A stretch of DNA of 64,000 nucleotides from an uncultured Verrucomicrobiae bacterium (GCA_963765205.1 CAVXVB010000005.1:384001-448000); one strand, 5' to 3'. Positions 29,533 to 40,880 are shown, counted from the stretch's first letter. Translations and numbers: made by a program. Notes: generated from the letters alone by a model not told the origin.

Positions 29533-31632
29533 ATGTCCTTCCTGTCCCCCTTGTTTACCCCGGCCTGGAGCCGCCTGACCGCCGACCGCATCGAGCCGGA
29601 TATCACCGCTGCGCTGGCCGAGGCCGAGGCGAAGTTTGCCGCCATTGCCGCGCAGGACCCCGCGCGCCTTTCCTACGCGAGCGTGCTGGGCGCGTTTGAC
29701 GAGGCCGCCGCCACACTCGACCGCGCGTGGACGCGCGTGCAGCACCTCGATGCCGTTTCCAACGCGCCCGCGTTGCGCGCCGCCCACAACGCCATGCTGC
29801 CGAAGGTGACGGATTTTTACACGCGCATCTACCTCAACGAGGGCCTGGGGAAAATTCTCCAAGCCTATGCCGCCACGCCCGACGCCCGCGCCCTGACCGG
29901 CGTGCGCCGCCGCTTTCTCGAGGAGACGCTGGAGGACTTCCGCGATTCCGGCGCGGGTCTCGCGCCCGCCGACAAAGCGGAACTCGAGCGTCTCAACACC
30001 GAAATTTCCGCAACCACGCAAAAATTTTCCGAGAACGTGCTCGACGCGACGAATGCCTGGGAACTGACCATCGCGGACGAAGCGCGCCTGACGGGCCTGC
30101 CGGAAAGCGCGCGGGCAGCGGCTCGGCAAAGTTTTCTGGGCAAAAATCCCGGGGCCACGGCTCAGCCCGGCTGGCGGTTCACGCTCCACGCGCCGTCCTT
30201 TATTCCGCTGATGAAATATGCCGAGGACGACGCGCTGCGCCACGAAGTCTGGCAGGCGGGGGTGAACATTGGGCGCGCCGCGCCGCAGGACAACACCGTC
30301 CTGATTCCGAAAATTCTCGCGCTGCGCCAGGCGAAGGCGCGCCTGTTGGGCCGGTCACAATTCGCCGACCTGGTGCTGCACCGCCGGATGGCCAAAAGCG
30401 GCGCGGGGGCGCTGGCCTTCATCGAAAAACTGCACACGCGTCTGGCCGGCGTGTTCGCGCGCGAGCAGCGCGAGCTGGAGCAATTCAAGGCGACCCAGAC
30501 CGGCCAAGCCGCCGGGCCGCTCGAACCGTGGGAGGCTGCCTATTGGGCCGAGCGCCGCCGCCAGACTGAACTCGATTTTGATGAAGAGCAACTGCGGCCG
30601 TATTTCCCGATCGAGGGCGTGTTGGGCGGATTGTTTCGTTTGGTGGAAACACTCTTTGACGTGCGCCTCACCGAGCGCCCCGTCATTTTCCGGGAGCCGA
30701 ATTCAGCAGATGAGCCGCCACCCGGCGCGGTCGAAGTGTGGCATCCCGAGGTGAAGTTTTACGATTTGCACGATGCGGATGGACGGCACCTCGGCTCTTT
30801 TTACGCCGACTGGCATCCGCGCGAGAGCAAGCGCGGGGGCGCGTGGATGAATTTTTTCGAGACCGGTGGTCCGCGCCCCGGCGGCGGTTTCGCGCCGCAT
30901 CTGGGCATCATCGCGGGGAATCTCACCGCGCCGCTGGCCGGCCGGCCGGCCTTGCTGACGCACGACGAGGTCACAACCATTTTCCACGAATTCGGCCATC
31001 TGCTGCATCATCTGTTTGGCGAGGTCGAGGTGAAGTCGCTTAACGGCGTGCGGGTGGCGTGGGACTTTGTCGAGCTGCCGTCGCAAATCATGGAGAACTG
31101 GGTGTGGGAGCGCGCGGGGCTGGACTTCGTCGCGCGCCGGCCGGACACGGGCGCGACGCTGCCCGAGGAACTATTTCAAAAAATGCGGGCCACGCGGCAC
31201 TTCATGGCGGCGACGGCGATGATGCGCCTGCTGGCCTTCAGCAAAATGGACCTCGATTTGCACCTGCACGCGGAGGAACTGGCGGCGGGCACGGTGGACC
31301 TCGACGCGTGGTTGCGCGCGCGCGTGGCCGGCTACCTGCCGCGTTACCGCACCGAGCCGCCGACCTTTGTGCCGCGCTTCACCCATATATTCTCCGAGTC
31401 AGTCGGCTATGCGGCGGGGTATTATTCCTACAAATGGGCCGAAGTACTGGATGCCGACGCGTTCACGCGCTTTCAAAAGGAGGGCCTGCTCAACCCCGCC
31501 ACCGGCCGCGATTTCCGCCAGAAGATTCTCGCGCGGGGCAACGGTGCGCCGCCGGAGGAACTCTTTCACGATTTTCTGGGCCGCGCGCCCGACCCGGCGG
31601 CCGACTTGGCGCGGTGCGGCTTGGGGGTGTAG
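29533..31632 (+). CDS. prlC: M3A metallopeptidase (oligopeptidase A)
   Basis: KRGGAWM, FHEFGHLLH zinc motif, WDFVELPSQIMENW, GYAAGYYSYKWAEVLDAD. Confidence 0.9.
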   Translation: MSFLSPLFTPAWSRLTADRIEPDITAALAEAEAKFAAIAAQDPARLSYASVLGAFDEAAATLDRAWTRVQHLDAVSNAPALRAAHNAMLPKVTDFYTRIYLNEGLGKILQAYAATPDARALTGVRRRFLEETLEDFRDSGAGLAPADKAELERLNTEISATTQKFSENVLDATNAWELTIADEARLTGLPESARAAARQSFLGKNPGATAQPGWRFTLHAPSFIPLMKYAEDDALRHEVWQAGVNIGRAAPQDNTVLIPKILALRQAKARLLGRSQFADLVLHRRMAKSGAGALAFIEKLHTRLAGVFAREQRELEQFKATQTGQAAGPLEPWEAAYWAERRRQTELDFDEEQLRPYFPIEGVLGGLFRLVETLFDVRLTERPVIFREPNSADEPPPGAVEVWHPEVKFYDLHDADGRHLGSFYADWHPRESKRGGAWMNFFETGGPRPGGGFAPHLGIIAGNLTAPLAGRPALLTHDEVTTIFHEFGHLLHHLFGEVEVKSLNGVRVAWDFVELPSQIMENWVWERAGLDFVARRPDTGATLPEELFQKMRATRHFMAATAMMRLLAFSKMDLDLHLHAEELAAGTVDLDAWLRARVAGYLPRYRTEPPTFVPRFTHIFSESVGYAAGYYSYKWAEVLDADAFTRFQKEGLLNPATGRDFRQKILARGNGAPPEELFHDFLGRAPDPAADLARCGLGV

Positions 31633-31713
31633 GGTTAGGCCAGGGGTGGGGGCGGTAATTAAGGGATGGGAATTAGGGGAGGAAGAGGAGGGATGGGGTG
31701 GTGGAAAGCACGG

Positions 31714-33731
31714 TCAGGCCACGGGTAGCGGAGTTTTTTCGACGTTTGGGCTGGCGGTCCTGGGTGCCGGCCCGTCCAGCAAGGCGCGCACGCGTTCGAG
31801 AAGCGTGTTCAGCGAAAACGGTTTTTGGAGGCGGTCGGTGCCGGGGCCGGATTGGTCCACCGCGCCGACATTTTCGTAGCCGGACATGAAGAGCACGCGC
31901 AGTTCCGGCCGTTGCACCCGCACCTGCGTCGCCAGGGCGCGGCCGGAAAGCTTGGGCAGGACAAGGTCCGCGACCAGCAGGTCAAAATTTCCATCATGGG
32001 CGCGGAACAGGGCCAGAGCCTCCTCGCCGTTGGTGGAGGCGACGGTGGTGTAGCCGTGCATGTCCAGCAGGTTTTTGATGCAGTCGGCAAAGTTCGGGTC
32101 GTCCTCGACCAGGAGAATGCGCTCGTGCCCGTTGGGCAGGCCGCCGGGGGCGTCCTCCCGCAGCACGCCCTTTTGCGACTGGGCGACGAGGGCCGGCAGA
32201 TAAATGGTGAAGACGGCGCCTTTGTCGGGCTCACTTTGCACGTCAATGCGGCCGTGGTTTTGCTTGATGAGGCTGTAAACCATGGCGAGGCCGAGGCCGG
32301 TGCCCTTGCCGACTTCCTTGGTGGTGAAAAACGGCTCGAAGATCTTGTCGCGGATTTCGAAGGGAATCCCGCAGCCGGTGTCCGCCACACTGAGCAGCAA
32401 ATAAACGCCGGGGCCATGCAGGTTGAGGCGGGCGGCCTCGAGCGAATCAAATTTGCGCGTGGCCAGGCTGATGGTGATGCGGCCGGCCTCGGCGATGGCG
32501 TCGCGGGCATTCAGGCAGAGGTTCACCAGCACTTGCTCAATCTGGCCGGGGTCGGTGAACAATTGCGGCAGCGCCGGCGGCGCGTCCACCACCAGTTCGA
32601 TGTTTTCGCGGATGACCGGCCGCATCATCTTCTCGACCTCGCGCACCACTTCGGCCGGGTTGACGGCCTGGGGGGGGATGACACGCGCCGGCTGAAGGTC
32701 ATCAGGCGCGCCACCAATTCGGCACCGCGCTGGCCCGCGGTGCGGATGTTGCGGTAGTATTTTTCGAGCGGGTCGTTCGGTTTGGCCTTCAACAGGAGCA
32801 AGTCCGCGTAGGAATTAATGATGGCGAGCAAGTTGTTGAAATCATGGGAAATGCCTCCGGCGAGGCGGCCGACGGCGTCCAGTTTCTGCGCCCGGCGGAT
32901 GTTTTCCTCGAGCTGGTCCAGTTGGGTCACGTCCCGCAGGATGATGACGCGGCCCGTCGCCGTTCCATCCGGATCGGCCAGCGCGTTGGTTTGGACTTGG
33001 ACGAGGCGGCCCTCGGTCTGGGCGCTCATCAGTAAAAACGGGTGCTCCGGCTCGGTGTGAAAGCCGGGTTGGAGCAAGCGTTCGGCGATTTCCGGCAACC
33101 GGGTGCGGGTTTCGCGCTCACGCAAATCGAGCAATTCCGCCAGGGGCCGGCCCACGCCATCGGTGGCCGACCGGCCCAGCACCTGCTCACAGGCGGGGTT
33201 GAGGTAGGTTACCCGACCGGCGGCATCGGTGGTCAGCACATAATCTTGCAGTGCGCCGAGGGTCGCGGCCAGCCGTTGTTCGGTGGCTTTGCCGACGCGG
33301 TCGAGCCGTGCTTTGTAGAGCGCCATCTCAATGGTGATGAGCACCTCTTTTTCGCGGTAGGGCTTGAGCAGGTAGGCGAAGGGGGCGGTTCGTCGTGCGC
33401 GATCGAGGGTGGCCTGGTCGGAAAAAGCGGTGAGGTAAATGAGCGGCACCGCATGGTTGCGCAGGATTTTTTTGGCGGTCTCCACCCCGTCCTGCGCCCC
33501 CGTGATATTGATGTCCATCAACAGGAGATCCGGCTTGGTCTCGTTCACCAACTGGCAGGCCTGCTCACCGGAAGAGGCGAGGCCCGCGATTTCGTAATGC
33601 CCGCGCTCAAGGATCTTTTGCAGGATAAAGGCCGAGCTAGGATCATCTTCCACGATGAAGATCCGGGCTGGCGCCGATGGGTTGTGCACGGCGCCAGTAA
33701 TTGCGACCGTCGGAGGCGGAGGGATGCTCAT
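31714..33731 (-). CDS. Hybrid sensor histidine kinase (REC-PAS-HisKA-HATPase-REC); frameshift in G8 run 32670-32677
   Basis: N-terminal receiver (IVEDD..LMDI), [47 protein letters not shown]-terminal receiver. Confidence 0.85.
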
Positions 33732-33835
33732 GAGCGCGCGCCGAAAGATGCCCGGCGCCAGCAACGGCAGCCTGATACATGGTCGCGTTCCTAATCTTAA
33801 TCCACCCTCCGGGCCTGGTGGCAAGCAAATCCAGT

Positions 33836-33950
33836 CGGGTTAACACCCTAGTTTCTTAAGAATAATCGAGTAGATTTCATGAATTTTGCAATAACACCCG
33901 TGCCTTCACATCTTCACTCGCGCGCAAAACGAACCGGGTTAACACCCTAG
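33836..33950. promoter_or_regulatory. Pair of identical 16-bp near-palindromic boxes (CGGGTTAACACCCTAG), probable regulator binding sites
   Basis: Exact copies at 33836-33851 and 33935-33950 in the AT-rich gap between the divergent kinase and response regulator genes. Confidence 0.55.
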
Positions 33951-34203
33951 ATTTTGAGAAAATATTGTGTAGTTTGCTTAAATCCTGCAATAATACGGTT
34001 GCTTCCATGGCCGCGGTGGGCATAAGAATAAGAAACGGGTGAAGGCTCTTTGATGAAATCTCCGGGCGAAAAAAGAGGCGCTCGCGGCCCCATTTTCTCC
34101 TGTATTTGCCAAGGTTGAAACCTTATTATTAAATAAGTATAATCCCTAACTTGCTTGACGGGCCATTGGTGCGCCCGCCGGCCCCTGTTTCCCAACTCCC
34201 ACC

Positions 34204-34854
34204 ATGAAACGAGTGGTCATTATTGAAGATGAAACGATGTTGCGCGACTTGCTGGCCGAGCTGCTCAAGAATTTCCCGCTCTGCACCCTCGCTGGGGCCT
34301 ATGGCGACGGGCTGGAGGGCTGGAAGGCGCTCCAGAAGGTCAAGCCCGACATGGTGATTTTGGACATCAAGCTGCCGTCCCTCAACGGCTTGGAGATATT
34401 GCGCCGGCTGCGCGAGCAGTTGCCCAACTGCAATGTTCTGCTCTTTAGCGCCTTTTTCAGCACCAGCATGGTGCGCCAGGCCCTCAAGGCCGGCGCCAAC
34501 GGCATCATTGAGAAAACCGCCGGCCTGCCGGAAATGGAAAAAGCCATCCGCGCCGTGCTGGACAGCGGCACCTACCTCGGCCCCGGCGTGGCGGACATGG
34601 TGCGCCGCATCATGATTGAACCGAACAAGGACGATTCCCTGGAAAGCCTGTCCGAGCGCGAACGTGAAGTCCTCCAGTATGTCGCCGAGGGCTACAGCAC
34701 CAAGGAAATCGCCGTCAAACTTTCCATCAGTGTAAAAACGGCCGAGACGCACCGCTCGAATTTGATGACCAAGCTCAACTTGCACGGCATCGCGGGGCTG
34801 ACGCGTTATGCCATTGAGCAGGGATTGATCAAATCCTCGGCTCCACTCGCCTAA
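34204..34854 (+). CDS. NarL/FixJ-family response regulator (REC + LuxR HTH)
   Basis: IIEDE, ILDIKLP, LSEREREVLQYVAEGYSTKEIAVKLSISVKTAETHR. Confidence 0.95.
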   Translation: MKRVVIIEDETMLRDLLAELLKNFPLCTLAGAYGDGLEGWKALQKVKPDMVILDIKLPSLNGLEILRRLREQLPNCNVLLFSAFFSTSMVRQALKAGANGIIEKTAGLPEMEKAIRAVLDSGTYLGPGVADMVRRIMIEPNKDDSLESLSEREREVLQYVAEGYSTKEIAVKLSISVKTAETHRSNLMTKLNLHGIAGLTRYAIEQGLIKSSAPLA

Positions 34855-36797
34855 GCGCCCGCGCGCGCGCGGGTGTCTGCGACGACGGCATCCATCCAGG
34901 CCGCGAATTTGGGCTGGAGCGCGGCGGCGAGCGCAGGCCGCCCGGCCGGTTCGGCGAGAGGTTCTTTTGCGAAAAAATAGATTTTTAATTTCGGCTCGGT
35001 GCCACTGCCGCGGATCGCGCAGCGCCAGCCGCCGGCCAGTTCATAAAGCAGGAAATCCTCGAGTGGCACCCGCTCACCTTCCTCGTCATGGTGTTCCTGC
35101 AAAAAGTCCTGCACCTGTTCAACTGCGCGCCCGCCCAAGGCGTTGGGCGGGTCGGCGCGCAACGAAGCGAGCGCACGCTGGATTTGCGCTACGCCCGCGG
35201 CGCCTTCGAAGGTCAGGGTGCGCAGGGCTTCCTGGTGATAGCCGAAGCGGGCGGACAAAGCGTCCAGCGCGGCGGTGGCCGTCTCTCCGCGCGCGGTAAA
35301 CCAGGCGGCCAGCTCTGCGCACAGGGCGGCGGTGGCATTGGCGTCCTTGTCACGGGCGGCGTCGCCAGCTAGGCAGCCGTAGCTTTCCTCGGCGGCGAAG
35401 ACCATCCAAGCCGAGTGACGCAGATACAACGCGGCGCACTCGCGCGATGGGAGCGCGGCCAGGTCCGCCGGGGTGCGCAGGTCGCCCGCGGCGGCCAGCG
35501 AAGCGATTAGCCGCAGCTCATATTTTTGCAGTTTGGCGCCCATCCATTTGAAGCCCGTCAGCGTGTTCACGCAACGGACCCCGTGGGCACGGGCCAGGGC
35601 GTCGAGCAGCTGGGTGGTCACGAAAGTTTTCAAAAGCACGGCCTTGGGCGAGCCGGCCGGAGGCAGCCAGCCGAGTTCCTTCGCGCGGGTTAATCGGTAG
35701 TCGGCGAGCAAGGCGCCGAGTTCGTTGCCCGTCAGCGCGCGGTAGCTGCCGTCGGCCTCGCGAAAAACCGCGCCGAGGCGGTCGGCATCAGGGTCGGTGG
35801 CGAGGCCGGCGGCGGCTTGCGTGGCGCGCGCCCGCTCGACCACTTGGGCGAGCGCGCGCGGGTCTTCCGGATTGGGCGAGGGCACCGTGGGAAAGCGGGC
35901 GTCCGGTTGCATTTGCGCGGCCACTTCCACGACCTCCGCGCCGAGCCGGCGCAGCAGGCCGGGAATGACCACGCCGCCCGTGCCGTGCAGCGCCGAGTAA
36001 ACGATGCGCGGGCGGCGTTCGCGAATCAGCGGCGCATCGAACACCACTTGCGTGACGGCGTCGGAATATTTATTTTCAATATCAGAAGATACGATGTGCC
36101 AGCCGGTGCCCTGGGCGGCCGCGGCGTCACGCAACACCGGCCCCAATTCCTGCGGTTGCACGGCGCGCACGGCGGAGACAATGGCGTCCGCCAAGGGTGG
36201 CACGACTTGGCCGCCATGCGCGGCATAAACCTTGTAGCCGTTGTCGTGCGGCGGATTGTGGCTCGCCGTCAGCACGATGCCGGTGTCAGCCCCGAGCGCA
36301 CGCACGGAAAAACTCAATTGCGGCGTCGAGCGCGGGCCGGGGCACAGCCAGGCCTCGCCGCCCAGGCCCGACCACACGCGTGCGCATAATTCCGCAAAAT
36401 AGCGCGAAAAATGCCGCACGTCGTGCGCGATAACCAGCCGCAGGCGCGAATGCCGGGCCGGGCCGGCGGCCTGCACGCTGCGAAATAGGCCCATGGTTGC
36501 GCGCGCGACGGTGACATCGTTGAGCGTGTTTGCGCCGATGGCGGGATGGGCGGGATTATCCACCCCGCCGGGGCCGAGTTCCGTGGGCGCGGGGTGCCGG
36601 CCGATAACGCGGCCTCTCATGCCGCCGGTGCCAAAACTCAAGTCGCGAAAAAAACGGTCCTCCAATTCCTCCCAAGCGTGCGCGGCCTCCAATTCGTCCA
36701 GCGCGGTGCGGGCCCAGGCGGGCAAAAAGGCGTCCGCGCGCCAGGCGGCGAAGCGTTCACGGGCGGCGGGGGAAAGTTGGGGAGGGTTATTATTCAC
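34851..36797 (-). CDS. Phosphoglucomutase/phosphomannomutase family
   Basis: FGTGGMRG, TASHNP, DPDADR, EESYG, RGSGTEPKLKIY. Confidence 0.93.
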   Translation of the reverse strand: MNNNPPQLSPAARERFAAWRADAFLPAWARTALDELEAAHAWEELEDRFFRDLSFGTGGMRGRVIGRHPAPTELGPGGVDNPAHPAIGANTLNDVTVARATMGLFRSVQAAGPARHSRLRLVIAHDVRHFSRYFAELCARVWSGLGGEAWLCPGPRSTPQLSFSVRALGADTGIVLTASHNPPHDNGYKVYAAHGGQVVPPLADAIVSAVRAVQPQELGPVLRDAAAAQGTGWHIVSSDIENKYSDAVTQVVFDAPLIRERRPRIVYSALHGTGGVVIPGLLRRLGAEVVEVAAQMQPDARFPTVPSPNPEDPRALAQVVERARATQAAAGLATDPDADRLGAVFREADGSYRALTGNELGALLADYRLTRAKELGWLPPAGSPKAVLLKTFVTTQLLDALARAHGVRCVNTLTGFKWMGAKLQKYELRLIASLAAAGDLRTPADLAALPSRECAALYLRHSAWMVFAAEESYGCLAGDAARDKDANATAALCAELAAWFTARGETATAALDALSARFGYHQEALRTLTFEGAAGVAQIQRALASLRADPPNALGGRAVEQVQDFLQEHHDEEGERVPLEDFLLYELAGGWRCAIRGSGTEPKLKIYFFAKEPLAEPAGRPALAAALQPKFAAWMDAVVADTRARAGA

Positions 36798-36880
36798 CGC
36801 AAAGGCGCAAAGGGGGAGGTGATGGGAGAGAGGGGGGGAATAAGATTTATTTTTGGCGGTCTTGGCTGCTTGGCGGTGAA
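36793..36880. repeat. CGCAAAG/CGCCAAG-type hairpin element between the pyrophosphorylase and mutase genes
   Basis: Ends ttcaccgc / gcggtgaa are inverted; internal cgcaaaggcgcaaag and cttggctgcttggcg. Confidence 0.6.
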
Positions 36881-36881
36881 C

Positions 36882-38330
36882 CTAGGCCAGAAGCAAGCCT
36901 TCGGCAAGTGGCGGTTTGGGGTCGAGCGCCTGCCAGCGCGCGGCCACGCTGGCGGCATCGTCACCGAAGAGCGGGCTGATTTCCAGCGCAAAGGATGGCA
37001 GGCCTGACGCGTCCACCGGCACGGTCGCGCCGGCGGCGCGCAACCAGCGCGCGAACTGGCGCAATTGGTCGTCCTGGCACGATTGGACGGAGTCCACGCC
37101 CATGGCGTTTTTTACCGGGGAAAAATCCTCCGCGCGGTCGGTCTCGATGATGGTGGCCTGACGTGCGAAGGGCAGGGCGTCGAACACAAACATTTCGAAT
37201 TTCACGCCATTGGGCTTTTCCGGTTGTCGTGGGCGGCCGGCGGGTCCACGGTCGCGATCTTTTTATCCGCCCGGTGGAAGGGCAGGCGGAGGGTGGCGCC
37301 GCGCGCCGCACCCAGGCGCGCGACAAATTCGCGGTCAAGCACATGGATGCCGATCGAACCGGCACGGTAGCGCAACACGCCGCCGGGGGCGCACTCCTCA
37401 GCCAGTGCGCGCGGCAGGTCGCTGTATTCGACCACGATGACGCGGCCTAGCTCATCGAGGCACAAGTTGCCGATTTTCTCGTCCGGGCCGCGCTTGGGGA
37501 TCATTTTGGTGGACATTTCGGAACCAGTTTCCAGATGGAAGCCAATGAATTCCGGGTCCACGCAACGCACAAGGGGATTGTCCACTTGGAAATAACTCAG
37601 CACCTCAACGTCCTGGGCGCGCAGGGCATCCACCGCGCCGCTGCGCACGAGGGCGCGCAGCGCGCCGCCGTGCCCGTCGGGGCTGAGCGCGATGCGACCG
37701 GGGGCTTCGAGCAGGATTTTGCCATTAAAGTCCACCGCCGGCATGGTGCCTTGCGGGAAAAAATGCACACGGGCTGGTTCGAGGCCAAAAAAATTGCTCT
37801 TTGCGAAAAAATCCTGGGTGGCGGCGTGGTTGGCCGGGCTGGTCATAATCAGCCATGGGGGCGTGGGGCCAAAACGCCGGCCGGCGGCCAAAATTTTCTC
37901 CGCAAAAACTTGAAAAAGCGAATGCCGGCGGACGGGCGTTACAGGAAACGCGCCTTTGGGGCCAGCATAGCCCAGGCGCGTGCCCTGACCGCCGGCCACG
38001 GTGAAGCACGCGACGCACCCGGCACGCAACGCTTCTTCGCCGCGCCGCCGCGCTTGCGCCCATTGGGCGGCATCGCCACCATTTTCCGGCCCGCGCCAGG
38101 CAGGGAGCCGGCCGCAGATTGGAAAAATCAACCGCCGACGGGTGGTCGCTGCGCAAATGTGTTTCCACCAGCCAGGCGATTTCCGCGAGGTCAACAGTTG
38201 CGGCCTGTTCGCTCAAGGCGGCCTGGTCGGCGGGCGTCAGTTGATCCCAAAATTGAAAGACCTGCCCTTGGCCGGCACATTCGTAGGCGTCGCGAATGGC
38301 GGCGGAGGTATCGGCGGGAGCGGATTTCAT
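36882..38330 (-). CDS. UDP-N-acetylglucosamine/UDP-sugar pyrophosphorylase (UDPGP/UAP1 type); frameshifts near 38091 and 37243
   Basis: AGQGQVFQFW; AGGQGTRLG..PKG; SPDGHGG; QVDNPL; VVEYS; KFEMFVFDA; FSPVKNA spread over three consecutive frames. Confidence 0.85.
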
Positions 38331-38430
38331 GCAACGGCCGGAAAAGAAGGAACGTTAAGGACTGCGGTGGGCGGGGTTGGCGCTGGCATCCGCCGGCGGC
38401 GGCGAAGTTAGGAGGGGAGGCCGCGCCGAG

Positions 38431-38757
38431 TCAAGGTTGCCCGCCGCGCCGGCGCCGGTGAGGGGGGTCCACGTCGAAGCGATAAATGAGTTCGTCGGGC
38501 CGCGCATAGACGAGGCGCTCGCGGGCGATGTAGTCGAGAAAGCCAGGGTCGTGCTGCAGGCGTTGCAAAAATTCCTGGGCCTTTTGGAGTTCCAATTTCT
38601 GCGCGTCAAGCTGGGTTTGCGCCGCGTCCTGCTTTTGACGGAAAAGGTCCACTTGGAGCTGGGCGTCGTGGATCAGTTTCGCGGCGTAAGCGCCGCCGAG
38701 CGCCAGCAGCACCGCCAGCACTCCCGAGAGAAACTTGTAAAACGTCCCGGATTTCAT
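38431..38757 (-). CDS. Septum formation initiator (FtsB/DivIC family); C-terminus may extend to 38355 via a frameshift near 38465
   Basis: N-terminal TM, coiled coil, LQHDPGFLDYIARERLVYARPDELIYRF. Confidence 0.8.
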   Translation of the reverse strand: MKSGTFYKFLSGVLAVLLALGGAYAAKLIHDAQLQVDLFRQKQDAAQTQLDAQKLELQKAQEFLQRLQHDPGFLDYIARERLVYARPDELIYRFDVDPPHRRRRGGQP

Positions 38758-38827
38758 GGCCTACGCATTAGCGCACACCAACCGGAGAAAAAGGCAAGAC
38801 CAGAAGAAACGCGGCAGGCACAATTTC

Positions 38828-39577
38828 TCAGGCCAGCCCCGCAAGAATCAGCACGGCCGGCAGCGCGAGCGCGCCATCCGCCAGGGCTGGGCCGAGCCGG
38901 GGGTGCGCCAAGGTGTTGGGAAACACGGCGAGGGCGGTCAACGCCAAGCCGGCGGCGGCCAGTCCGGGCCGGCCCACTGCCCTCGCCGCCAGCACGCCGG
39001 CAAACGCGAGCGCCGCCGCGCCACGCGCCGCCACCGGCGGCCCCCAGAGCACCACGGCGCTGCGCACGCCGGCCCGCGCGTCGGCCTCGCCATCCTTGAG
39101 GTCGCAGAGCAGCGCGTTGGCGGCAAACAATGCGAACAGGGCGGCGCCAAATGGCGGGAAGAGCAAATCGGATGCATTCCCCAGCACGGGAAATCCCACA
39201 CTCGCGGCGGTCCACCCACCCGCGACCAAGACGGTTTTGCCCAGCGGCCACTTTTTCCACCGCCGGTAGGTCAGGCCGCCGACCCCCAACACCGCAGCCA
39301 GCGCGATCTTCCACCCTGGCAGCCACCATGCGGCCACCCCACCGGCCAGGCTCGCCACCGCAGCCAGGGTTAGCGCCGCGTCCCCGCGTCGCGTGGGATG
39401 GTCGGCCCAAAAATCCAGCGCATAGGCGGCGACGACCCCTGCGGCAAACAGAACCACGCCAGCTGGCGACAGGGGCCGCCCGGTGGCATGCACAACCAGG
39501 ACCACGGTCGAACAACAAACCGCCAGCGGGCCGAGCAGCCAGACTGCCGCGCAAAATTCTTCCAATTCCTCCTTCAT
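38828..39577 (-). CDS. UbiA-like prenyltransferase-family membrane protein
   Basis: Multiple TMs; YALD and CDLKDGEADARAGVRS Asp-rich motifs; KWPLGKTVLVA. Confidence 0.6.
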   Translation of the reverse strand: MKEELEEFCAAVWLLGPLAVCCSTVVLVVHATGRPLSPAGVVLFAAGVVAAYALDFWADHPTRRGDAALTLAAVASLAGGVAAWWLPGWKIALAAVLGVGGLTYRRWKKWPLGKTVLVAGGWTAASVGFPVLGNASDLLFPPFGAALFALFAANALLCDLKDGEADARAGVRSAVVLWGPPVAARGAAALAFAGVLAARAVGRPGLAAAGLALTALAVFPNTLAHPRLGPALADGALALPAVLILAGLA

Positions 39578-39701
39578 CGCACAGCTTTCTAACACAATGC
39601 GCGCACGACGGCAACCCTCGGCTCGGGGCGGGACTCGCGGTGGCCGCAAGCCGGCCGCCAGGGCGGGCGGCACGGTCCGGCCAAAGAATTATCAAAAAAA
39701 A

Positions 39702-40819
39702 TTAATCTTTAAGTTTTCTGAGCTTCACCGGGCGGCCGCCGGCGCGGGCGGATTGCAGGCAGGCGTCGAGCACTTGTTGGGTCTGGAGCGAGATGGTTGG
39801 CCAGAACGGGTCGAGGCGGCCTGACTGCGCCTGCCGCGTGAAACTGCGAATCATGTTCACCTCCTGGGCATCGGCATGACTGTTACCGTGCTCGCGGACT
39901 TTCCAGTGGCGCGGACTGGGCATCATGCTGGCATCGCAGCCCACAAACCGGTAATCCATATTGCCGGTGTCGAAGCCGAGCGCGCTGCCCTGGAAGGGCA
40001 GCACGAAGTCGTCGAGCGATAGATACCCGAGCGTGCCGCTGATATGCACCCGTTGCTCGAGCGCAGTGATAAACGCGCAGTAAAAATCGCAGGACGCGCC
40101 GCCGGGGAAAAACAGCTCGCCGGAAAATTCCACCGGCGTCGGCGCCGCGCCGCGCGCCTTGGTTACGCTGGACAAAATTCGCCCGGCCACCCGTTCAGGC
40201 AGTTGCCAGTTCATGGCCCATAACGCGATGCGGATGCAATACCAACCCTGGTCGCCCAACGTGCCCTGTGGTTCAAGCCGGCTGTCGGCGCGGATGTTGG
40301 TCTGATAAAATTGCTGGTCCGTGTTGAACTGGAACGCCGTGCTGATGCGCCGGATTTTTCCGACGGTGTGGCCATCGTCAAGGACGGCGCGCATGCGCTG
40401 GAGCCGCTTGGTGTGCATGAACATGACGCCGTCCATAAACTGGACGCGATGACGCCGGCAGGCGGCGAGCATCTCCTGCAAATCGGCCACGCAGGGGCGC
40501 AGGGCTTTTCACACAACACATGCTTGCCGGCCGTGGCCGCGCGCAGCACCCACTCCTTGCGCAGCCCGGTGGGCAGGGGGATGTAGATTGCGTCGAGGTC
40601 TGGGGCCGCGATCAGTTCCTCATAACTGCCGACGGCGCGCGGCATTTGAGCGAACGGCACTTCCGCCTGGCACTCGGCGATATAGCGCTCGCAACGCGCG
40701 AGGTCGCGGCTGGCTACGGCGGCCACGATGCCGTTTTGCGAGCGGCGGATGGCTTGCCAGATTTTGCGCCCAATTTGGGCGGTGCTGAGGATGCCCCAGC
40801 GGAGTTTGTTTTTTTTCAT
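39702..40819 (-). CDS. Gfo/Idh/MocA oxidoreductase; frameshift near 40497
   Basis: LRWGILSTAQIG, YIPLP, GKHVLCEKP; second frame FMDGVMFMH, GTLGDQGWY. Confidence 0.85.
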
Positions 40820-40880
40820 GGGCGGGCTTTGCTCCAACGTGGGATATTCACACCCATTGTGCTGGACGTCGTCAATTTTT

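Noticed and set aside
32670..32677. G8 tract in the kinase as a phase-variation switch
   Set aside because: Cannot be distinguished from the many other homopolymer indels without read data.
33947..34195. 82-aa ORF in the AT-rich kinase/regulator gap
   Set aside because: Atypical composition, no motif; region better explained as divergent promoters.
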